Assembly (NCBI GenBank): GCA_018985225.1
Contig: JADGIF010000106.1
Span: 1 to 19,701 of the forward strand
Source: Amoeboradix gromovi X-113
Lineage: Eukaryota > Fungi > Sanchytriomycota
Direction: 5' to 3'
DNA length: 19,701 nt
Shown here: positions 1 through 8,003 of the stretch, one piece after another
Layout of the letters: every line of letters starts with the position of its first letter
How positions within the stretch are numbered: position 1 is the stretch's first letter
Translations under genes and position numbers: made by a program
Notes under the pieces: generated by a model
Told to the model about the DNA's origin: nothing
Databases searched by the model: none
What the model saw: only the letters and a program-made list of their open reading frames with translations

Positions 1-94
1 TATCGAGTATTTGAGCTATTAGAAAAATCTGGAAAAGTCTTGAAATTATACAAAAATGCATACAAATTCGCGATAAATCATTTATTCTAGAAAA
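1..94 (+). repeat. Dispersed repeat copy A (partner at 7660-7753); may extend left of the window
   Basis: Ungapped manual alignment 1-94 vs 7660-7753 shows 8 mismatches in 94 nt. Frame +1 reads YRVFELLEKSGKVLKLYKNAYKFAINHLF*, so it may be the 3' end of a gene. Confidence 0.9.
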
Positions 95-1720
95 GAATCC
101 TGCTGTACCATCTGTATAAACAGAGATAAATATCGTCATCATCTCTGCAAATCACTAATAGATTCCCAACATTCTTTCTTGTCAATGGTTCTCTTGCATT
201 TGTAATAAATGGATGCTCATTACCATCGGGTCTCAACAATTCCATTTCACTACCGTAACTAAACTCAATGATGATCCTATCGAGGTTCGTTGCAAGGCTC
301 ATTACTTCAAGCGCGACTCCATGACCGAATCGCAGTGTCACGGGATACGTCAAGTACTTATCATCATCGGGGTAATTTGGTACAAGTTGGCCAGGATTCT
401 TGTGGTAGATGTCCATCTGATTTAGCAAATTGTGCACATATCTTAAATTCAGCATTTTTACAATCTGAGAAACAATTGCACTGTGTGATTTGTGAGCAGC
501 AGAGGCGTTGCTTGGGTTGCCCAGAATTTCCTTGTATCTCCTATAAATCAGTATATTTATGGCTTTGTAAACTCTCTCAAGTGTGGTCTTAATCCAAATT
601 CACGACGTCGAATATGATGAGTAGCTGACAATTCCATAACATAACGGCAGAACTAAAAGTAGTTGTCCAGATAAAGGCACGTAATGTATAGAAACACTCA
701 TCAGATACCCAGTCTAATCCACAGACACGATTTAACAGCCTGCTCGTGTTAGTAAATCATGCTTGTTGAAATTATCATCGGACGTAAAAGTGTTCAGCTT
801 GCACGCAAGTCTGCATGTGTCTTAATCTTTTAAACAAAGATCCCAACTCAAGTTTTCATTCATCCATTCTGTCCAACAGCCTTGCCTCTCTGATAGTGTA
901 CGCTCCTAGTCGAGTTTGTTCGGCGTCTTAGAATCCTTCGATGTAATCGTAGCACAAGAAAAGACAGCCATGAAATTGCAATCAAAAATGACTCTTAGAT
1001 CTACTGATCTAGAACTGTTAGACTGAGAATCGTTGTCTGGTTTCACAATGTCATTTAAATCATTTTCAGATAAGAGCAGCTTTGGAAATACCCATGGAAA
1101 GCAGTAGATATCTTTATAACTTGCTGAATACTCCATATGACTATGACGATGTTCCCAATACTTTGTAACTGAAAATTTTACCAACTTGCGATATGTTTTT
1201 AAATTGCGTCTACACAAAACATCCTTGAGGAAGTAACACTTTGGATAGAAATCTGTGTGAACATTTGAGTCTGTGTGGTATCAGATGCAAATTACTGTGA
1301 GATTGGCTATCCTTTGCTTCAACCTATCGCGTAGTAAAATGCTGTTTGGTAGGTAATCAAACAACTGCTTGCGTGCATCAAAAAACACTACTGGTGTTTG
1401 TATCAAGCTCTCAAATGGACCATTAGCAAGAGACCATCATTCGTGCGATCCCAACAGCTCTTTTACATCTACGATTAAATCTTCTGTATACAGAGTCCAC
1501 AGTGGAAGTTTTGGAACCTAAATACCACTTTAGTTTCTCTAATAATATCACCTTGGCTTGAACTCAGCCAACTGTTCTTCATATTTGAGCTATCAACTAA
1601 CTCAGATATTAAGTACTCTTTGATCAAATTAATATGCTTACCGTAAAGGGGTTTCTAAGCTACATCATGTAGAGAATCATGCGGAGCTTTAAAAGATTCT
1701 ATTCTTGCCAGACATATCAT
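87..1720 (-). pseudogene. Possible decayed gene(s) of unknown function
   Basis: Long minus-strand open stretches (87-599, extending the 122-aa ORF upstream of its ATG; 906-1217; further stretches to ~1720) are broken by isolated stops and frame changes. No recognisable motif. Confidence 0.25.
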
Positions 1721-1884
1721 CGCCATAGAAACACCACTCAGTGCGCTATTACCGACGCGCCAATCGAGAAACTACTGAATGCATGAAAACTTCAATCCGA
1801 ACATTTAGCTTTCAATGGCCAAGCTTTCTTATCAACCTCTCTTGATACAAGCTTGAGATTATTTTCTGCATCATTCCCCGTTTC

Positions 1885-2373
1885 ATGCAGAAAAAGGTTT
1901 CTAAAGAGGTAGAGCTTGCTTTTCGCAAAAAAACAGCAGGAATTGGCCAATTTGTGAAGCCTGTAGTGTTCAACGGTGTAGATGAGGACGCAAACTATCT
2001 GTTAGTTCACACAACAATCATCGTTCCCTTCAAATGGAATCTTGCCTTCTTCCTAGATACAGGAAAAGTAAAAGCTCAGCTACATCAGATGATGCCTGCT
2101 GAATGCGTTGGAGAAGCTCTTGCGGTGCGCCCTTTGTCTGGTATTTGGGAAACAATCACAGTGTGGAAAAGCATACAGGGTATGAAAGAGTATTATCTGA
2201 AAGGAGACCATGCTAAAGTTATGTTCAAATGGAACAAGTACACTAAAGTTGGGGAAAATATTCTGACCTGGAAATACAAGATTAGTGGCAAAGAATTGAA
2301 TTTTGATGGATATTCAAAAACGAAAGAAATGTTTTTGATGATCAAAGATGGTGGTCTCGAGTCCTGGGAATAA
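1885..2373 (+). CDS. Hypothetical protein, probable dimeric alpha-beta barrel (ABM / DUF3291 monooxygenase-like)
   Basis: Clean 162-aa ATG-TAA ORF. The segment WETITVWKSIQGMKEYYLKGDHAKVM resembles the T-x-T-V-W...M...G-x-H motif of ABM-fold proteins (recognised by eye). Confidence 0.55.
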   Translation: MQKKVSKEVELAFRKKTAGIGQFVKPVVFNGVDEDANYLLVHTTIIVPFKWNLAFFLDTGKVKAQLHQMMPAECVGEALAVRPLSGIWETITVWKSIQGMKEYYLKGDHAKVMFKWNKYTKVGENILTWKYKISGKELNFDGYSKTKEMFLMIKDGGLESWE

Positions 2374-2946
2374 ATTAATTAAGAGTACTAAATATCGCTC
2401 AGTCAATATTATTCTCACAACTTTTCTCATGTAACGGAGAAGTAGGAACAAACGAGACATGCTCTACGAACCGTTGATAAACATCTTTGATTCGTATTTA
2501 ACTGGCAGAGGAAATTCTTGAAACCTGAAGTGCGATGAATAACCGTAATAAAATTAAACATTTTGTTTGCTCGCACAATGGTGTTAAGTGCAGTGTACTT
2601 GTAAACCTTCAGTCTTCTCTCAAACTGTTTGAAGTCTACTTTTCACAGCTGGCAACTATATGGAGGGTCTGTACCTCGTAGAAACACAATTAGTAAGTAT
2701 TTATGATATGATTATTTTTCAATATGGTCTGACTTCTGTTGATAATAGATCGCTCTACCTTTCTGACCCAAATTCTAATATAGGACTGTAAAATGCAAAC
2801 AGATTTGCTTGCGGAACAAGTATGGATTAAATTTAATTGTAAGTTAGTTTGAATGATTTTACTCCGCTGATTTGATGATTGAAGACAATTTCATTTGACT
2901 ACCACACGGTAGTTATGACAAGAAAAATATTAATTTAGATCTTTTA

Positions 2947-3378
2947 TTAGTGGCATATCAATCCTTCTTGCTCGTCCAACTGCACGTTTTTTAAACAGAT
3001 TGTTCGAGACATTGCACTGGCTAATGTAATAGCAAGAATGATGTATCCATTGAAAGTCATTAGTGCCAACATCATTAACGCAGCAATGATGGATCGAACC
3101 CATCCAAATAACAATAGCATTGGAGACACTAACCATGGCTTTCCCATTGATGCTGCTTTCGAAGCTAATGGATGTTTATATGCACCGATCATCTCACCAC
3201 CCATTGTCAATAAAAATAGTGCCATCAATGTAAATACCATTTGCGTGCAGCTTCCCACGTGCCAAAAGTCAAACAATACCGTAATATCACAACACTTCCA
3301 GTTAATTATACTTGGCATTGTCATTCCTTCGTGCTTGGCGTGATTCATCATATCATTTAGTTCTGTAAATGCTTCCAT
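2947..3378 (-). CDS. Ctr-family (SLC31) copper transporter
   Basis: Met/His-rich N-terminus (DMMNHAKHEGMTM), family motif TVLFDFWHV, hydrophobic segments and the TM2 MxxxM motif MLALMTFNGY. First ATG is at 3378. Confidence 0.85.
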   Translation of the reverse strand: MEAFTELNDMMNHAKHEGMTMPSIINWKCCDITVLFDFWHVGSCTQMVFTLMALFLLTMGGEMIGAYKHPLASKAASMGKPWLVSPMLLLFGWVRSIIAALMMLALMTFNGYIILAITLASAMSRTICLKNVQLDEQEGLICH

Positions 3379-4086
3379 TTTTGTAAGTTGGCAAACTGGG
3401 GGAAATTTGTATTTAATAAACACTGATTGGTACCAAATAAATTAGATATTTAACAGCATACGGTAGATGTCTATTGGTTATAGGCTGTGCCATGAAGTAT
3501 GGACCTATAATGGCGACTTATTTTAAAAAGTCACCGCATATTTTATCTTTGCAAATTAGACGAACAAAACGCAATAGTTTTTCTCTGCCAAGATGATATT
3601 TTGCCACTTTTTAACAGACATAATAAATTGAATGTTATAACAACAAGAGCACGCAAATCTATCCACAAACTACATCAGAGTGGGTACATTGGCATTCCTA
3701 AAAGATTTTTTGAGATGGGATATATACATGGGAAATGTTATGACTCAGAGTTATCGTATTTGGAGCAAGAAGCACCAATGCTTTCCATTTCAGTGAGCAT
3801 ACCGTTTGTTAGTTAGAGTTCTCTAACCATCTCTGTGATTATGGTGATAAAATGCATCATCATTGTGTATCACTTTTAACTTTCTCAAATTAGCTCCATA
3901 GCTGCAATTATAAGAAAAAAGATTTTTATATGGAATATCTATATTTATTGTATTATAGGTTGCCAAAGTACTATAGCGTGAGCAGCTGTACAACAATGTT
4001 CCGCTTTCAATAACACCTGCTTTGACTTTCACAATTTGCTTTCTTTGAAAATCTCTCGATAGTCATCGTCCTCATTCTCTGCTTTA

Positions 4087-4113
4087 ACCCGTTTAAGATT
4101 TAAAACGCCTGAT
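4087..4113 (+). repeat. Left terminal inverted repeat
   Basis: TA|AC-CCGTTTAAGATTTAAAACGCCTGAT; the 25-nt core is the exact reverse complement of 6977-7001. Confidence 0.95.
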
Positions 4114-4142
4114 TTTTTTTATATTTTCTTGTTGTAAAGAAA

Positions 4143-5141
4143 ATGCCGCGACACAAGTCAGAGGATTTCAAAGAAGCTTGCGTTAGACACTATCGCAATA
4201 TTTCACACAGTAGGGACGAAACTTGTAGGGTTCTTGGGTGTAGCAGTCGCTCATTAGCACGATGGATTGAGCGATACGATGAAGATGGTTCTATCGAAAG
4301 GCACAACAGACAAGCACGTGCGTACAAGTTCAAGGAATCACATCAACGAGAAGCGTTGGACTATCTGTCGAAACATCAGACAGCATCGTCGCCTGAGCTA
4401 CATGCTCACTTGGTGACTACGTTCGAGGACTACAACATCACCTCAGAACAACTTCACAGCATCATTCGTGACAACAACCTTACTCGCAAGCGTACCAAGC
4501 ATGGACGCTATCCAAGTGTGAGGCGCCGCCAAGAGACAGACCGCAAAGCTGACCTACGTGCCTTCTACGCTAAAACGACATCGCATGATATCAACAAGAT
4601 TGTCTCGATAGACGAGGCTTCACTCACACCATTCATGTATCGTCCATATAGTCGCTGCCCCATCGGTGATAAGTGTATCGAACGAACCGGCAATAACAAG
4701 GTCTTCACAAAGCACACCTTTGTCGCTGCTATTACGTCATCTCGCATTGTGGGCTGGAAGCTCTACGACGAAGGTGCTATGAATGCTGAGCGTTTTGTCG
4801 AGTTTGTGAAGAGCATCATCGAGCGACATAACCTCAGAGGCTACCTGTTCTTGTTCGACAACGCTGGCGCCCACAAGGGTCAGGGCATACGTGAGCTCAT
4901 CGAGCAGACAGGCAACACATTCTCATACACAATACCGTATAACTCGCAGACGAACGCTATCGAAGCGTGGTTCTCGCAATTCAAGCACTACATGGAGAGC
5001 TCTCGCACCAGAGACATCGATGCGACTACCGTTTCACGCATCCCGAGCACGGGCTTATACGTACGAAGCGATATGTGTTTCAGAGACTGCCTACCAGCAC
5101 TTAAGGGTCGAAAAGCATATAAGGACACCGCACATTTGTAA
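4143..5141 (+). CDS. IS630/Tc1-family DD34E transposase (C-terminus possibly damaged)
   Basis: N-terminal HTH-like region (ETCRVLGCSSRSLARWIERY). Catalytic motifs SIDEAS, LFDNAGAH and PYNSQTNAIE, with 34 residues counted between the second D and the E. Confidence 0.9.
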   Translation: MPRHKSEDFKEACVRHYRNISHSRDETCRVLGCSSRSLARWIERYDEDGSIERHNRQARAYKFKESHQREALDYLSKHQTASSPELHAHLVTTFEDYNITSEQLHSIIRDNNLTRKRTKHGRYPSVRRRQETDRKADLRAFYAKTTSHDINKIVSIDEASLTPFMYRPYSRCPIGDKCIERTGNNKVFTKHTFVAAITSSRIVGWKLYDEGAMNAERFVEFVKSIIERHNLRGYLFLFDNAGAHKGQGIRELIEQTGNTFSYTIPYNSQTNAIEAWFSQFKHYMESSRTRDIDATTVSRIPSTGLYVRSDMCFRDCLPALKGRKAYKDTAHL

Positions 5142-5160
5142 ATTACACAGGTGCGTTCAA

Positions 5161-6966
5161 ATGGGCGAAAAGAAAATCTCGCTGAAGAATATGAAAGAGC
5201 CGCCAGACCCTGGCGACAAACCGTGGGCGACCTACCAGTGTATCAAGACGAGCCTCAAGAGTGTCGTCAAAGATGACATCGTCGTCTCTAAGCTGATGGA
5301 AGCCGCGCTGCGGGCGAACGGTATCATGATACACACCCTTCAGCTACTGAAGCTGTACCTTATTCACTCCTACGATACGGGCGTCCCTTTGCCTCTCCTC
5401 GATAGGCGGTTTGTTACCTCAATCATGAAGGTTCTTTGCGAGGAACCAGCCAGCGGCAGACCACCAAGCGGCGAGACCAAGCTCATCAAGGATACACTCA
5501 AAGCCTTCTATGAGCAACATTACAAGGCGACGATGAGTGAAGAGCTGAATTATCGCCACATGAACACAGTACTCCATTACTTATCGACAGACATTCTCAC
5601 GATGTACGAGAACAACATCAAACAGCATTATGTCGAATACGTGGAGCGTTTCGTGAATGTCTCTTGGCGAAAGAAGGTGCTCGTCGCCATCATCAAGAAG
5701 CACAAGAAAACTGTTGGGTGCCGACAAGAAGCAACCAACGCACTATGCCGTCAGCTTTGTCGTGTCAAAAACGACCTGCTGAGACCAGACCAAGCTAAGA
5801 CATCCCACACTCTGTATCACACATGGATTGATGAGCAGCGAGCCAAGGTAGTACCTACGAGAGGATAACATCTACTACGACATCCAGTGCTCACCTCAGG
5901 ATTACCTACTGCTGATGCTGTACATGATGAAGACCGTCGAGGCGCATGGCACGAGCGTCAATAACGCCTGTCCCCTACGAAGCGACATCGTCCCAAAACA
6001 CTTCAGGCTCGATACTGTGTCTCTCATCAACCTCTGCTTCACCGAGGAGCAGGGAAAGCGCGGTGACTACACGACGAAGGGCAACCTCGTCAAGCACCAA
6101 GACCACATCTGGGTTTTTTCTTCAAAACCGATATGAAGTGCTTCCACGTGAAAGAGGATAACCACGCATTCACGTTTGACCATCAAATCGAGACCGATGG
6201 TGTGAGCTGTAGCATCTTGCTGAAGAAGAAAGCTCTCGTCGGTAAGCGTGTGAAGACGCCCAAGGCAAAGAAGGGAAGCGGTGAGAAGTATATCGACGAG
6301 CTGGAGGACTACGAGCATCTGAAGACCAAGAAAGTCGTTGCTATCGACCCCAACATGAGCGACCTGTTATACTGTGTGGATAGCGACGAGAGAGAGCAGG
6401 TTAAGTTTCGCTACACACAAGGCACGCGTCGCAAAGAGACGAAGGCGAAGAAGTACCGAAACTACCTTCAAGAGCGCAAGCAAGAGCTCATAGATGGTAA
6501 GAGCGTCGTCGAGTGGGAAACCGAGCTGAGTGCCTACAACAGGAATACGACAGACTTCGAACGCTTCAAAGCGTACGTAGCGAAAAAGAACGAACTCAAC
6601 AGGCGTTTGGCGTCATTCTACAACGAGTACATCTTCCGAAAGCTCTATCTGGTCGATGAGTTTCGTACCAGCTGTCGCTGTAGCGCGTGCCATGGGGAGT
6701 GTGAGAACCCGAGACCATTTAGAGGCGGTAATATTTTGCGTCATGGGCTTCTCAAGTGTAGAACTTGTTCAAGGCTGTGGAACCGAGATATTAATGCTGC
6801 TTCCAACATCTGGAAGGTAGCTATGAGCGCAATTCGAGGAGAAGATGGCCCAGAATACCTTCGACGAGCCCGAGGCTCAATCAGTGGTGCTACGTCGGTA
6901 GGGAGCGAGGTTCCCGAGTGTCTTAGGACGCTTCCACACAATCATGATTTACGCTGTGAGATTTAG
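5161..6966 (+). pseudogene. Fanzor1-type (TnpB-derived) RNA-guided nuclease, disrupted
   Basis: Three ORF pieces join via frameshifts at ~5860 (continuing DNIYYDIQCSPQDY) and ~6110-6119 (one added base restores IWGFFFKTDMKCF). Motifs: RuvC-I AIDPN (D 6346-6348), FRYTQ..RRKE, VDEFRTS (E 6658-6660), CxxC..CxxC zinc finger (CSAC, CRTC), RuvC-III WNRDINAASNI (D 6787-6789) and terminal PEYLRR. Confidence 0.88.
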
Positions 6967-7021
6967 ATACCTTTTTATCAGGCGTTTTAAATCTTAAACG
7001 GTGTAAAACTTATCAAGAGCA
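6866..7021 (+). ncRNA. Candidate Fanzor1 omega-RNA (scaffold through right TIR, guide from flank ~7006-7021)
   Basis: Lies between the nuclease C-terminal motif and the right end, where omega-RNAs are encoded. Stems: GAGCC/GGCTC (6866-6878), CTAC-GTCG-GTAG (6890-6901), GGGAGCG/CGCTTCC (6901-6907/6929-6935), CACA/TGTG (6937-6958). Boundaries are inferred. Confidence 0.6.
6977..7003 (-). repeat. Right terminal inverted repeat
   Basis: ATCAGGCGTTTTAAATCTTAAACGG-TG|TA. Confidence 0.95.
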
Positions 7022-7150
7022 CTAATTTAAGAGAAAATTGTGAATTTCCCGTAGAAAACCAACAATGTCAACCATTCTGTTACAGTGCTTGCTCACGTTT
7101 TGAGATGCCTGTCGCAACATCACAGAGGGATGTATGTTGCTGCCATATGG
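7004..7150 (-). ncRNA. Candidate Fanzor2 omega-RNA, distal copy (scaffold ends ~7022, guide ~7021-7004)
   Basis: 57/80 identical to 7170-7247. Minus-strand hairpins GGTTTTC-TACG-GGAAATT (cUACGg tetraloop), AATTT/AAATT, and GCAACAT/ATGTTGC (7114-7140). Confidence 0.55.
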
Positions 7151-7584
7151 GGTCCCCTCGTTAAAAGTCCTGATTTCCGAGAAAATCGAGAATTTCCAGA
7201 GAAACTAGCAATGCTGGATGCTCCATTACAGTGATTTCTCACGCTTTCACTACCCTGAGGCGGGATTGAATAAGGATGCAGATACTTGATGTATATGTTC
7301 CTTGCTGCCATATGGTCTCTTTCTCTCTCCAAATGACAATTGGTACAGGTGTAGGTTTCTAAGCTGATTTTCTTCAGAGTACCACACCTTGTACATGTCT
7401 GACTAGTAAATGATTCATTGCATTCGATTATCGTCTTTCCTCTTTGCTTACACTTGAACTTCAAGCGTTCCTTGAATGTGTAATGGGACATTGTTGCCAT
7501 GTTTCTTGCGACCTTGCTCGACAAGCTACTTATCATTTGACTAGTATTGAACGATGGTAAGTATATAAGACCATATGTCTTTGT
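7120..7584 (-). pseudogene. Fanzor2 / IS607-type TnpB C-terminal fragment (homology ~7279-7584), 5'-truncated
   Basis: The frame extends upstream of the listed ATG: TKTYGLIYLPSFNTSQM...SHYTFKERL...CNESFTSQTCTRCG...YTCTNC...RDHMAARNI. It has Pro at the canonical RuvC-II Glu position (7555-7557), the alternative Glu (7414-7416), a zinc ribbon and the RuvC-III Asp (7315-7317). RuvC-I is absent. Confidence 0.88.
7151..7278 (-). ncRNA. Candidate Fanzor2 omega-RNA, proximal copy (scaffold ends ~7170, guide ~7169-7151)
   Basis: Immediately follows the RuvC-III coding sequence. Minus-strand stems GTAGTGA/TCACTGT, AGTTTC/GAAATT and GATTTT/GAAATC. Confidence 0.6.
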
Positions 7585-7659
7585 ATGCTGTACTGTTTGC
7601 TATTTCTTTAGATTTGACATATTCAGGATTACATCTATTTATTCCATTTACCGGAAGAA

Positions 7660-7753
7660 TATTGAGTATTTAAGCTACTAGAAAAATCTGGAAAAGTCTT
7701 GAAATGATACAAAAATATATACAAATTCGCGATAAATGATTTATTCAAGAAAA
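7660..7753 (+). repeat. Dispersed repeat copy B (partner at 1-94)
   Basis: 86/94 identical to 1-94; carries two TGA stops in the frame that is open in copy A. Confidence 0.9.
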
Positions 7754-8003
7754 TTGACGACTGCTTGAAAATATTCAAATTGTTATAATGGCTTTGCCAG
7801 TAACTATCACGATACAAATTGGCAAAGAGCCTGATTGTACATAGTGATTACTACTCCCTTGGGATTATTCTAGTTTTATTTCTTCTAGTCTTTCAACGGT
7901 TCAATCTTTTGTAAGTCCATGGTAGCTGGGATGATAATATGGCGATTGTGTTTCAAGATCTCTGATTGGTGAATTATTCTATATAAATAACGATTTCTTT
8001 TTT

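Larger units (their letters stand above)
4087..7003 (+). mobile_element. IS630/Tc1-mariner-type DNA transposon carrying a Fanzor1-type RNA-guided nuclease
   Basis: Perfect 25-bp inverted repeats at 4089-4113 and 6977-7001, each 2 nt inside a TA (4085-4086 and 7004-7005). Encloses a DD34E transposase and a RuvC/Zn-finger nuclease. Sampled lines are ~45-55% GC versus ~33% in a sampled host gene line. Confidence 0.93.

Noticed and set aside
87-1720. Stop-codon reassignment as an explanation for the interrupted frames
   Set aside because: Intact host genes here end in TAA, TAG (ARP8) and TGA (CPA2) and have no internal stops.
3872-3880. ACTTTTAAC match to the proximal Fanzor2 guide
   Set aside because: Only 9 nt in AT-rich DNA; expected by chance.
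3379-4084. Copper-response elements upstream of Ctr, and short ORFs 3601-3816 and 3823-4032
   Set aside because: No exact paired TTTGCTC-type motifs found; the ORFs have non-ATG starts and no motifs.
4891-5160. N-terminal 90 codons of the 325-aa ORF overlapping the transposase
   Set aside because: GTG start in an alternative frame of the transposase; Fanzor-like sequence begins at ATG 5161 (or the next Met).
7022-7247. CRISPR array interpretation of the repeats
   Set aside because: Only two units, ~80 nt long and 71% identical, in a eukaryote with no cas genes; they fit omega-RNA scaffolds better.
7120-7278. C-terminal ~50 aa of the 138-aa Fanzor2 ORF as a protein domain
   Set aside because: It is read-through across the omega-RNA-like repeats; protein homology ends at NIYIKYL.
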